A stretch of DNA of 64,000 nucleotides, taken from NCBI GenBank assembly GCA_038087875.1, contig CM076000.1:248001-312000 (forward strand). The letters run 5' to 3'. This DNA comes from Malacoraja senta (taxonomy: Eukaryota). How positions within the stretch are numbered: the stretch's first letter is position 1; every line of letters starts with the position of its first letter. A model generated the notes under the pieces. That model worked only from the letters and a program-made list of their open reading frames with translations, was not told where the DNA came from and made no database searches. A program made the translations under genes and the position numbers. Shown in pieces: positions 13,341-25,500 of this stretch.

Positions 13341-13481
13341 CCTTCCACATCCTCGGTAACATCAGATGAAAAAGTGGACTATGTGCAAGTGGATAAGGAA
13401 AGGACCCAAGCTCTACAGAACACCATGCAGGAGTGGACCGATGTGAGGCAATCCTGTGAGGCTCTGAAGAGTCTCAAGTAG
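13341..13481 (+). CDS. gab2: GAB2 last coding exon with stop codon (second SHP2-binding tyrosine, VDYVQV)
   Basis: Acceptor aaccAG at 13339-13340. PSTSSVTSDEKVDYVQVDKERTQALQNTMQEWTDVRQSCEALKSLK*, TAG at 13479-13481; nearly identical to the recalled human GAB2 C-terminus. Confidence 0.96.
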   Translation, partial: PSTSSVTSDEKVDYVQVDKERTQALQNTMQEWTDVRQSCEALKSLK

Positions 13482-15184
13482 CAATATAAATGATAAATAG
13501 TTGAAAGATAACTTATTTTCTGTTCTGTTTTTTTTTAATTAATTTGGATATCTGGCACAAGTTATGTCAGAAATGGTGAAACAATACTATCTTTTGCAAT
13601 GCCTCAAAATTTTACAAGTAGCTTTCCTTCACTTTTTGATAGAAGCAGCCACTAATGTATCTGTTCACAGATGAAGGTTCATTCTCAGAGCAGTTTTGGG
13701 GCAGTAGCTGAAGCAAGTTTTTTCACAATCCTTGAACATTCACAGCAACTTATTATCCATTATTGTCCTTTGTTAGAATATAATACATCTGTCTGATTAA
13801 AATATTGCAACACAGGAGAGATAACCAACTATTTTTTGCCGCTCTGTTAAACACAAATTTGCGTTACTAGCACTATGACCACTTATCTGAAGAATCCCAT
13901 GGAAACTTGTAATGTTTGCTTACATCATTTAATTTGGATACTAGACAAAAATATTTCAACAAGTTAGTACGTTCTAAATCATGTACACTTAATAAGGACT
14001 GAAGCATCATTGAATTATTTCAACGTGTGACAAAAAGGTGAATTTTCAACATAATCTTAAAACTCAAAGCAAAAATCTGCAGGAGCTGAAAATCTGAAAT
14101 AAAAACAAACTGCTGGAAATGTTTAGCAGTTCAGAGCGTTTATTTGGAAAGAGAAACAAGTTTAATGTTTCATATGAACCTTTCATCAGAGCATAAAATT
14201 GGCGTTTCAATGAAAATTGTGCAGTCTCAAAAGCAGCTATTTAATTAAGCATTGCATTAAACTGCAAGAGACAACTTGAAAACAAAACTTGAACAATTGA
14301 GGAAGTTCTACCTCTTTGAATCGGAGGAGATAGGTTACAATGAATAATGGTACCCCATTAAATATAGGAATGTACCTCAAGGAATGATAGGGCTCCTTAG
14401 AAATTTTGAGGAGCGCATCAGATGGAATTTGTAGTGATTACACAGTGTAGATCTGAGTAAACTTCTTTGCAAAAAAATTACTTGACAACTCATCAATATA
14501 ACTTTAAAAATCATTTAAAAAAAAGCAGGGCACTTCTTAACTTCAGTCTTCAAAAACCACTGGATGATGCATGTTGTTTGCCTACCATATTGTAATTGGA
14601 TACTAGCCAAAGATCTTTAATGCATTGATTTTAAAGTTGATTTATTTAAAATGACAAATACCTAGTTATGTATGGGGAAATGATTATTATTGGCAGTACT
14701 GTTCACAATCCTTGCAAGTATAATGGTTTTCATTATTGTTTGTAGGCATAAACGCAAAACAAATATAATTGAATTCACTCCAGTAATAACTTGTTTGCAA
14801 TCTTTTGTTCAGTAATAAGCATTCTTAAATATTTTCAGTGCCATAAAATTTTCAGCTGCATCCTAAGAGTGTAAGATGTGATGGAAAAGAGAATTGAGGT
14901 TTAGACCATGACAGCATTCATGTGGAAGGAGAGTTCAACTGGAGAAAAAAATGTCTTACTGGCCAAGTGCCCTGTGACTGTGCAGTGAATTCTACATAAA
15001 AACTCATTCATTTAAAAAAAACTCAGTGGACTGATCTTTTGTGATCCCTGTCATGGTCAAAATCTCACAATTTATCATTTAATTAAGATTATACATGGCA
15101 TGGTGATTTTTAAATTATTTTTACATCATTACATTGTGTTGTGGGGTGAGAAATTGTAAAGATTAAATATTGTTATAAATCAAC

Positions 15185-15620
15185 ACAGCCTCCAATTCAA
15201 ACTTGAATTTCAGAGGCAAGTTGAGATGGATACCAAGGCAACGTTTGGTCAAGTGTGGCATCAAAGAGCCCGGGTAAAACTGAAATTATTGGGATTGGAG
15301 GGAAATGAATTCCAGAGTTTGGAATCATAGCTCACATAAAGGAAGATGGACCAAGTAGTTGGTCAATTATTCCAACCCCAAGACATCACCACAAAGCACC
15401 TGGCGCCAATGTCTTAGGCCCAACCATTTTCAGCTGCTTTGTCAATGTCAGAAGAGACGTGCACTGATTGCACAATGTTCAATCCCATGTGCTGTTCCTC
15501 AACATACAAAGCACTTTGTGCCTGCCTGTGAAAGACAGGTACGAGCTGTACAGATTACTAATGGCAAGGCTGAGCATCTAACCACCTTGATGTTCAGTGG
15601 CACTTCCATTGTTGATGGTC
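15185..15620 (+). mobile_element. Degraded CR1-type RT fragment
   Basis: Remnants such as GATACCAAGGCAACGTTTGGTCAAGTGTGGCATCAA and GTCTTAGGCCCAACCATTTTCAGCTGCTT resemble CR1 RT motifs; heavily diverged. Confidence 0.5.
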
Positions 15621-16468
15621 AATAAACCAAATCAGGGTTGTAGGAACTGAAGACCTTTCAGCTGAGACCATGCTTGATCTATATCTTAAACTCCATTTAT
15701 ATATCTCTCAATGCCACATTGCATGATCATTGTCCCTGACAATAATCTATTTATCTTGAAAGATTTAATTATTCCACCACCCATAGATATTTGAAAAGGA
15801 AGAACATTTTTAATTGGTGTGTGCTAATTACTGTTTGCTGTCTTTCAATTACACTTTCAAAACCCCAAAAACAATTTTATTATATTCCCAGCTTTGGCCA
15901 TTTTCACTTCCCCATCGGGATAAATAAAGGCTAGAAATTGGATCAATGTGGGGGTTTTTGTGCAACTTAAGCTGGAGTTGCTCATGTTTTCCATAATCTT
16001 CTAATGAAATCAGCCCGACCATGAAATGACATCAGGTGTTTCCACGTGCTTTTCATGTTGCCTCATTTGTCTTTTTTCTTCTAATCATTCATTCACAAAC
16101 ACTCGCACACCCAATTACATAATTATTCATGCAATATCCATTTCCAGCCTTACCAATGTAAATTGGAGCTCAAAGATGTGACCTAAAATCATTGTGAAAC
16201 AGTCTTGATACAAGTAGGAATGTATTTTGCCATTGACTGTTGACAATTGGAGAACTTAGAAATTATTGAACTTTCAAAAGTCATGAGTGCTTCATTTTGT
16301 GCTGCTAAGATACTCATGCAATCAGGTCTTCACTCATGACTTCATTACGGTGGATTAAGAACTATCAATGAAAGGTCTATTCCCACAGTGATATCAGCTT
16401 CTATCTCAGGTAGACAAAAATGCTGGAGAAACTCAGTGGGTGAGGCAGCATCTATGGAGCGAAGGAAT

Positions 16469-16505
16469 AGGTGACGTTTCAGGTCGAGACCCTTCTTCAG
16501 ACTGA
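16469..16505 (-). ncRNA. Hammerhead-ribozyme-like motif in a Penelope-derived short repeat
   Basis: Minus strand AGU-CUGAAGA-A-GGGU-CUCG-ACCU-GAAA-C-GUC-ACC, with a canonical GUC cleavage triplet. Confidence 0.55.
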
Positions 16506-17202
16506 ACGATCTCTGAGGTTGGGTTTTCCAAGGCTATCAATGTGATATTCTGTAGAAAGACTTGACTCTCTCACCACAGGATTTTCACTACCACAGCATT
16601 TTTTGTCTTGTTACTATTTTGTTGCTTCCTGCACTCCATCATTTTGTACAATATTTAGTCTAGCATCGCTACCATCAGTCCAGTCTTTTCAGCATGATGA
16701 ACAGGCCACACTTCCACTGAAAGATGGCAACCCCTTGCAAGGAGGCAGCATCCCTTTGCACTCAAACCTAACAGTGTCCTAGCAGACACCTAGGGTGGCA
16801 GAGGTTATGGGGACAAGGCAGGAGAATGGGGTTAGGAGGGAGAGATAGATCAGCCATGATTGAATGGCAGAGTAGACTTGATGGGCCTAATTCTGCTCCT
16901 ATCACATGATCTTATGATTAAGAACGAGATAAAAAATTCTGCTCCTGCATCCAGGAAGAGGAGAATATATCAGGGGACCTCTGAACTGAGATACTGCCTG
17001 ACCTGCTGAGTTAGACCAGCACTTTGTGTCTTTTTTAGAATTGAAGGCATGGGCTCATATGTTGTACTGGTAAGTGGTTAAAACATTAAAAAGTCACAAA
17101 GAGCTGGAGTAACTCAGCAGGTCAGGCAACATGACCTGCTGAATTACTCCAGCACTTTGTGTCTTTGTTTGTAAACCAGCAACTGGAATTCCTTGTTTCT
17201 AC

Positions 17203-17460
17203 TGCTGCCTTACAGCACCAAGTTCGATCCTGACTACGGGTGCTGCCTGTACGGAGTTTGTACGTTCTCCCTGTGATGACCGCGCGAGTTTCCTCCGGGT
17301 GCTCCTACACTCCTAAGACATACAGGTTTGTAGGTTAATTGGCTTCAGTAAAAAATAGTTCCACTGTGTAGGATAGTGTTAGTGTACGGGGTAAGCACTG
17401 GTCGGCGTGGACTCGGGTGGGCCATAGGGCCTGTCATCACACTGTATCTCCAAAGTCTAA
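17203..17460 (+). mobile_element. tRNA-derived V-SINE (HE1-like)
   Basis: B-box GTTCGATCC, V-domain-like core GTACGTTCTCCCTGTG...TTTCCTCCGGGTGCTCC, CR1-like tail GGGCC..AGGGCCTG...CTGTATCTC. Confidence 0.8.
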
Positions 17461-17949
17461 AGGTCTTCTGCATAAAACTTGTTTGCAATAGAACAAGTAA
17501 ATCACCCTGACCACAATTATCAACACTTAAGGAAGCAAATCTGATCACATAAGTTGCAGAGAGATCGCTTGGTTGTCAATATCCTCTCTTAGGCCAACAT
17601 CTCCAGCAATGAGGCTCCAATTATTACCCCAAAACTGACTAATTCAACATTGATCACAGGCCCAATTGTGATCAGGATAACGCTATCCTACACAGTGGGA
17701 TAATTTTTTTACTGAAGCCAATTAACCTGCAAACCTGTATGTCTTGGGAGTGTAGGAGCACCCAGAGGAAACTCGCGTGGTCATCACAGGGAGAACGCAT
17801 AAACTCCGTACAGGATTGATCACAGGCCTGATTGTTGATTTCCAAAACCTGTACATGACTTACAGAAGGATGGTTTTAAGTAAAATGAATAATTATGAAA
17901 GCAAAACATGATGTACTGTGAGATAATTTAAATTCAAAAGCAGGGTATT

Positions 17950-18470
17950 TTGCTTCAGTAATGAAGAGTATTATGTGCATAGTATTGGTCTCCTTATTTA
18001 AAGAAGGATGTTTATACCTTAGAAGCTGTTCAAAGATAGTTTACTAGAATATCACGTGAAAAGGATGGGATTTCTTGAGGGGAAACTTTTTAACGGATTA
18101 GGTTTATATCCATTGGATTTTAGAAGAGCAAGAGGCAACCTGCTTGAAGGGTATAAGATCCTGAGAGGGTTTTGTGGAAGGAGGTGGAGGATGTTTTGTC
18201 GTATGGGAGAATCTTGAACAAGGGGCTGATTGCTCACAAATAAAGGGTTGCCCATTTAATACAGACAGAAAAAATATTGTCTCAGAATTCATGAGTCATT
18301 CCTCAAACATCACTCCTCAAAGAGCGGTGAAAGTGGTTTTTAGATATTTTCAGTGTATGGGAGATAGATTCACACAAGGGAATGAATAGCAAAGAGAAGA
18401 AATATTACTCTGAGTAAAGTGCAGAATTTAGATTTCATGCAGCTCAGCCATGATTTTATTTAACAGCCAG
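17950..18470 (+). mobile_element. Old CR1 3' fragment
   Basis: Degenerate matches to the CR1 RT C-terminus (TGGTCTCCTTATTTAAAGAAGGAT; CCTCAAAGAGCGGTGAA) and tail CAGCCATGAT. Confidence 0.6.
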
Positions 18471-21424
18471 GTGGATGATTCTTAATGCAAGTGTTCTTCT
18501 GGTACAAACAAATCATATCAAAAGACTGCAGCAGTTTAAGCGATGGAGTGGGATTTGCAATAGACAGCAAGCAGTTGGAGACTTTGTTACCTACTGCATA
18601 ATACCTAACTATGCCAGTCATAACACAAACACCTCTGCTGGAGTAACAGCACAGAGACCTGGAACGGAGGTGGAAAGCAGTAAGAGCAGGAGAGGGAAGA
18701 AGGAAAAAGGAGGCTAACAGTAGGACGTTCTTGATCTATGCCCAAGCAAATGGACAAGGCAAGCATTGGCTCCACAGGAATATGTGGGATTCCCCAAGGG
18801 GAGAGATTATTTTCATAATAAACTTGCAAAATAAAGTCATTAATGAGACCAAGTCAATCTCTCCATATTACAAACCTTAATATCAACATAGTGCATCAGT
18901 AAATAGTTGAGAAAGTCCAAGGAACACAAAATACACTTTATGTCCATGTATTAATGGAAAAAATAACATTTGCTCAATAAACATATCTTTGTGCTTCTGT
19001 GAGAGAGTGAAATTTGATGGCCTATATTCAACATCCCTGTTTGGCTGTAATCCGGTCACTAGAACATTACTCCCTTTTCCTCTGTATTTACACAGATGAC
19101 CCTAGATCACTAATAAGACTTTGCTTTAGCTAGCTTGGACTGCTACCTGGACCAACTGAGGGAGCAGACTGATATTCCTAATTGGAGCATGCTGCCCTGA
19201 AGCCTGTGAATGATTTGAAGATGAATAGATGGAAGACAATGTTTTGAACGTACATAGCAGGTGACATTTGAAGTGACTGGCAGACAACAATGCATTGATT
19301 TGCTGGAACTCAAACTTGGTTCAACTTCTAGACATTAAACTGACCTAGTTAAAAAGATCCTGAATCACAAGTATTTATTACCTGCTGCTTTCACTTTTTG
19401 GAGTCAGTGCACTGTACAATTTTATAATGAAATTGGAGTGAGGGGCACAAGACAGGTTCTTGAATTCCTGCAACCCACATTTCTACTCATAAGATAATTA
19501 ACTTGTGGAAGCCATGGAGAAAGGCTGGCTGCTGCTGCTCAGTACATCTCTGTTCATACAAACTACCTAACTACTGATATTTAAATGAAGAACTTTGGGC
19601 TTCTCCTGGATAGTATTGGTGGCGATTTGGATGAATAATCTGCCCACAACTGGCATTCAATGCCTAACAAAAAAACCAAGCTGTTTGGTTACAGGTCCAG
19701 TTGGATCAGGAATAATAGACTGAGAAGTTGTGCAGTCTCTGTCAATGCCTCAACAACAGCCATCACCTTCCAGTAAGTACTCGGGCATGGAACGACGACT
19801 GAGCCATCACAAATAAGGGCAGAATCTCTTGAGAGACAGTTCAAGTCCATGCATAAAAGTCTAGGAAAAACTTGGTAATGGACTATTCAATTTCATTGCA
19901 TGCATTCAATCTGATAGGCTCAACCCCTTTATCATGAAAGCATCTAGTTATCAATCTAATTACTGAAGCATAACTCCTAACCATTCAAATAATACATTGA
20001 GGTGTGATGGAAGAACAGTTTGATTGAAAGTAAGTAAGCGTGAAAGTACAGACACAAAATGTTGGAGTAACTCAATGGGTCAGGCAGCATCGCTGGAGAA
20101 AAGGGAATAGGTGATGTTTCGGGTCAAAACCCTTCCTCAGACTGGTCTGAACAAGGGTTTTGATTCGAAAAGTCACCTATTCCTTTTCTCCAGAGATGCT
20201 GCCTGATCCACTGAGTCATTCCAGTATTTTCTGTCTACCTTTGGTCCAAACCAGCATCTGCAGTTCTTTCCCACACAAGCGTGAAAGCATGTTGGGCTAC
20301 TTCTTCTGGCATATCCTCATACCTAGGCGATTCTGTCCCAGTCACATACGACCAAATTCTTTTAATGTCAGACAGATTGGGTTTCCTGTCCAACACCTAA
20401 TCCACAAGACACTTTCTTCTTACTTTCAGTACTAGGTCTTCCATATCATGTTTCATAATTCTGAGAAATTTGGCATGGTAACCATTGTTGCTGCTCTATC
20501 TGCCCTGGGAGTGTGCCTTTAAATTGTAGTTTTATCAGTGCTGCACTAAATTAAGTTCTAAGATGATTTATGGAAGTCTTGTTTTAAAATATTTCATTAA
20601 CTTCATTTTTTCCACCTAGTGCTACAGTTAGTACATGAAATCCAATCGCTAGCCAAGTTTATTTATAATATCAAGTTCTCTTAATATTTTCACGACCTCG
20701 ATTAGATTAAATCAAGCAAAATGAATACAGGGCAATTTTATACCACTTGAGATGCCCAGTTTCAAGCTTTGCTATCTGGCCTCTGACAAAGCTCGAGGTT
20801 ATTTTCTACTGCATATCAGTCACTACATTCCAAATTACACCATTATAATATACTAAATTTCCCTTAGCAATTACCTTAAATCCAGACCTTCTGAGAATAC
20901 AAATGTTCTTTTCTCTTAATTCTTCCAAACTCTTCTAAGAAGTTTGGACTTTATTTCATCTCCAACACACAAAATAGGTCATCCTTGCCTTTTCTAATCT
21001 TCCCATGTAATTGCACTAAGAAACTTTTAAAATGTGGCCCTGACATTTCTTCATCCCAAGAGATATCTGATTATTAAATTGGAAAATATTACCTCTTGGT
21101 CAATTGATGTCATATCAAAAACACCAAATGGCTTTTTGGGGACGAGGGGTAGGAAAGAAACCAAAAGGATTAACCTCATACAAATAAAATTCCAAAGGCA
21201 ACACATAATATTGCAAATGCTTCAGACTCGTCTTACTTCTATTATTTATGCCACAGGTAATTATATGTTCCAATTAATATAACACTGAAGGAAGTTTGTC
21301 CACTTTATATTGTCACTTGTGTCCTGATAAATGCTCTGGATCAGGTTTTATTCACTGTAGAATGTAAAATTATTTTTTATTTAATGAAAATGTTGTCTGT
21401 CTGTGGTATAAATAAGTAATTATA

Positions 21425-21430
21425 AATAAA
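21425..21430 (+). promoter_or_regulatory. Candidate distal polyadenylation signal of GAB2
   Basis: AATAAA at the end of a long AU-rich unique stretch that resembles a 3' UTR end. Other AATAAA hexamers occur earlier, so usage is unproven. Confidence 0.35.
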
Positions 21431-21931
21431 ACACTGTGAAAAATGTACATATTTGGTTGAATCACACACCTGAATTTGCAATGAGCACTTACTGTTTTAA
21501 ATTTCTGTACCGTATATACACAAAGACTGCACTTCAGCACATAAGTAGATACTTAGTTTAGCTTGCAGTATTAGCATTTGCAATTTTCTTTGGATAGATT
21601 ATGTCCTTCAGTAATTCTGAAGTATTATTTAATTTCAAATAATTCTTTAATATAATAAAGTAATAGTGATTTTACCTGTGGTCAATCCTATCATTATAAT
21701 TAACAAGATTTCATAAAGAAACTCTTCAATTTTGGCTCGAGCCAAATAATCCCATTACCGAATCAGCAAGATGTACACCATCCAGTTACTAAAACCTCTT
21801 AATAAATAACTACCAGTTTGTAAGTGCACTATTTTGCAAAATCTAACCACTGTTTTTCTGACTGCTTATGGTTATTATAATAAGCCTCTTGTTACAAGAC
21901 ATTTGCTTTTTTGGTTTCTGCATACTTTATA

Positions 21932-24119
21932 CAGTGCCCTCCATAATGTTTGGGACAAAGACCCATCATTTATTTATTTGCCTCTGTACTCCACAATTTG
22001 AGATTTGTAATTGAAAAAAATCACATGTGGTTAAAGTGCACATTGTCAGATTGTATTAAAGGGTATTATTAACGATTTTGGTTTCACCATGTAGAAATTA
22101 CAGCTGTGTTTATACATAGTCCCGCCATTTCTGGGCACCATAATGTTTGGGACACATGGCTTCACAGGTGTTTGTAATTGCTCAGGTGTGTTTAAATGCC
22201 TCCTTAATGCAGGTATGAGAGCTCTCAGCACCATGTCTTTCCTCCAGTCTTTCCATCACCTTTGGAAACTATTATTGCGGTTTATCAACATGAGGACCAA
22301 AGTTGTGCCAATGAAAGTCAAAGAAGCCATTATGAGACTGAGAAACAAGAATAAAACTGTTAGAGACATCAGCCAAAACTTAGGTTGACCAAAATCAACT
22401 GTTTGGAACATCATTAAGATGAAAGTGAGCACTGGTGAGCTTACTAATCACAAAGGGACTGGCAGGCTAAGGAAGACCCCCACAGCTGATGACAGAAGAA
22501 TTCTCTCTATAATAAAGAAAAATCCCCAAACACCTGTCCGACAGATCAGAAACACTCGTCAGGAGTCAGGTGTGGATTTGTCAATGACCACTGTCCACAG
22601 AAGACTTCATGAACAGAAATACAGAGGCTTCACTGCAAGATGCAAACCATTGGAGGAGCCATCTTGGAGGAACGGCTGCTAATCAGCAGCCGTCCGTTAA
22701 ATTCACTTTTTTTTTTAGTTTTTAGCTTTTTTATTTCTTTGTTTGTTTGGGGAATTTTGACTTTTAATGTGGGGGGGTAAGGGGGAAACTATTTCTAGGT
22801 CCCTACCTGGTCGGTGAGGCAGCTTTTTCTCCAGGCTGCCCCGTCGTCCCGTCCTCGTGGCCTACCAGCGGGCATGGAGCGGCGTTTTCCTTGCGGGGAC
22901 CGCCCAGCACCTTCAGCTTCGGTGGCAGCACAGCACTGGAGCGCCATCGCAGAGCGTAGCGGGCGATGCCTTGCCTGGGTCGCTGCGCTGGAGCTCCGGT
23001 ATGCGGTGACCGCCGAGATCAACACCTCCGGGCTGCGGGTCTGCGGAGCGACCAGCCGCGGGCGGCGGCGCCGACTTTAACATCGGGAGCCTCGTGGCTC
23101 CAAATCGGCGCGGCCCTGTCGGCTTCAGGTGCCATCGACTCCGCTGGGAAACCGGCCGTTCCAGCCGCTGCGAGGACTCTCCTGACGGCCAGGAACATCG
23201 GGCCTCCGTAGAGGCAATAGCGGAGACCTCATTGGGCCTGACTTTGGGTGAACTGGGGTTTGGGACTGGACATTGTGCCTTCCCCCACAGTGGGGGTCAT
23301 TGTGGGGGGATGATTTTTGTGTGCTGTGTCTGTTGGTCTTTGTTCAAGATGGCGGTCGGAGGGGAGAGTGGACGCTGGTGCAGTTTGGCTGCCGCTGCTC
23401 TCTCCTCAAATTGTGTTTCTTATTTTCTTTTTGTGCTTTTGTAATTGAATTCTGTCCTTGATTTGTGTATTGTGGTGTTTTTATATTTAATTTACTCCGA
23501 TTATGTGTTTTGTATTTTTGTGATTTTATGCCTTGTAAGGTGTCCTTGGGTGTTAGAAAGGCGCCAGCAAATAAAATGAATTATTATTATTATCATTAGT
23601 TAGCCACAAAAATAGGATGGCCAGGTTACAGTTTGCGAAGGAGTATTTAAAAGAGCAACCACAGTTTGTTTTCAATTGAACATGCCTTTTATATGCTGAA
23701 GAGAAAACTGAAGGGGACTAGCCTCCAAAACAAGCATAAGCTAAAGATGGCTGCAATACAGGCCTGGCAGAGCATCACCAGAGAAGACACCCAGCAATTG
23801 GTGATGTCTATGAATCGCAGACTTCACGCAGTCATTGCATGGAAAGGATATGCAACAAAATACTGAACATAACTACTTCCATTTACATGACATTGCTATG
23901 TCCCAAACATTATGGTGCCCGGAAATGGGTGGTAGGGGGGGGGGGACTATGTATAAACACTGCTGTAATTTCTACATGGTGAAACCAAAATTTATAAAAA
24001 ATGGCCTTTAATGTGCACTTTAACCACGTGATTTTTTATATTACAAATCTCAAATTGTGGAGTACAGAGGCAAATAAATAAATGATGGGTCTTTGTCCCA
24101 AACATTATGGAGGGCACTG
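21932..24119 (+). mobile_element. Tc1/mariner transposon with long IR/DR-type TIRs, internally deleted and interrupted
   Basis: TA flanks at 21930-21931 and 24120-24121; TIRs of roughly 220 bp beginning CAGTGCCCTCCATAATGTTTGGGACA with an internal direct repeat. Transposase remnants: MRTKVVPMKVKEAIMRL, GRLRKT..DDRRI, RRLHEQKYRGFTARCKPL, IEHAFYMLKRKL...GYATKY*. The region containing the first two catalytic Asp residues appears deleted near 23668. Confidence 0.93.
22652..23593 (+). mobile_element. Non-autonomous GC-rich retroelement with L2-type 3' tail, nested in the Tc1
   Basis: Interrupts transposase codons CKPL|VSHKNR; CATT duplicated at 22648-22651 and 23594-23597; ends TGTAAGGTGTCCTTGGGTGTTAGAAAGGCGCC..AATAAA..(TTA)n. 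Confidence 0.7.
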
Positions 24120-24741
24120 TAGGTAACATTGTGATGTGAAAATAAATGAGTACTGAGACAATTCAGAGTGTTATTCCTCTATTACACACACACAGAAAAT
24201 AATTTACTTCACCATAACCCGTCTCTTCCAATATTGTTATTTGTTCTGATTAAAGTTATTTGGAAAATTCTTGGTTGAGAACTTTAGCCAGGAAACCCGC
24301 AGCAATCAAATAACTAAATTGCTCAGGCATCTTTTAGCAGTTGCTACAGTTTTAATACATTCATTAAAAATCCCAGCTATTTCTCCGAGCAATGAGGCCA
24401 ATGCAAGTCTTATTATTCATTATTAATTAAGAATTCTACTTGAATGTATGATTTATTTCTGCAAATATTTCACTTGATACCAATTTACAAAAACTAGTTG
24501 CATTTTCATTGGTGTTACTTTGTGCAAATCCTCTTCGATTATAAGCACAAACATTTCATGCCATAAGATAGTGTATCTGATGTGGTTCCACTAATCATTG
24601 GCTAAATTTATGACAGGAAATCAATAAAAGGTCCATGGACAATACTGATGAGTAACTTTAAATAATGCAGCATGAAAACAGACCCATCAGCTCGTCTCGT
24701 CTATGTTGCAATGCTCCATCTAAGCTAGCCCAAATTAGTTT

Positions 24742-25028
24742 TGGAGACACAGCATGAAAATTTGACCCACTGAATCCACACCGACCATCGATCATCTATT
24801 CACACATGTTATGTTATCCCACTTTCACATCCACTCCCCTCACACTAGGGGCAATTTTAGAGGCCAATTGACCTACAAACAAATGTCTTTGGGACTTGGG
24901 AGGAAAATGGAGCACCTGGAGAAAACCCACGCGGTCACAGGGAGAACATGCAGATTCTAGGCATTCGATGTCGGGACCGAATCGAGGTCTCTTGTAATAC
25001 AAGGAAGCAGCTCCACCAGCTAAACGAC
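24742..25028 (-). mobile_element. V-SINE (HE1-like)
   Basis: Reverse complement of the same core (GGAGCACCTGGAGAAAACCCACGCGGTCACAGGGAGAAC); its 5' end abuts the second Tc1 end. Confidence 0.75.
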
Positions 25029-25030
25029 TA

Positions 25031-25500
25031 CAGTGCCCTCCATAACGTTTGGGACAAAGACCCATCATTTATTTATTTGCCTCTGTACTCCACAATTTGA
25101 GATTTGTTATATTTAAAAAAACACGTGGTTAAAGTGCACATTGTCAGATTTTAATAAAGGCCATTTATATACATTTTGGTTTCACCATGTAGAAATTACA
25201 ACAGTGTTTATACATAGTCCCCCCATTTCAGGGCACCATAATGTTTGGGACAGCAATGTCATGCAAATGAAAGTAATCATGTTTAGTGTTTTCTTGCATA
25301 TCCTTTGCATGCAATGACTGCTTGAAGTCTGCGATTCATGGACATCACCAGTTGCTGGGTGTCTTCTCTGGTGATGCTCTGCCAGGTCTGTATTGCAGCC
25401 ATCTTTAGTTTATGCTCATTTTGGGGGCTAGTTTCTCTTCAGCATATAAAAGGCTTGTTCAATTGGGTGCAGATCGGGTGATTGACTTGGCCACTCAAAA
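25031..25500 (-). mobile_element. Right end of a second copy of the same Tc1 family
   Basis: TA then CAGTGCCCTCCATAACGTTTGGGACA; the minus strand encodes EWPSQSPDLHPIEQAFYML, the Tc1 WPSQSPDLNPIE motif. Confidence 0.9.

Noticed and set aside
378..13481. Assignment as GAB1 or GAB3, with USP38 as neighbour
   Set aside because: The C-terminus TQALQNTMQEWTDVRQS, the VIDELPFKSP exon and the convergent orientation fit GAB2/USP35 better.
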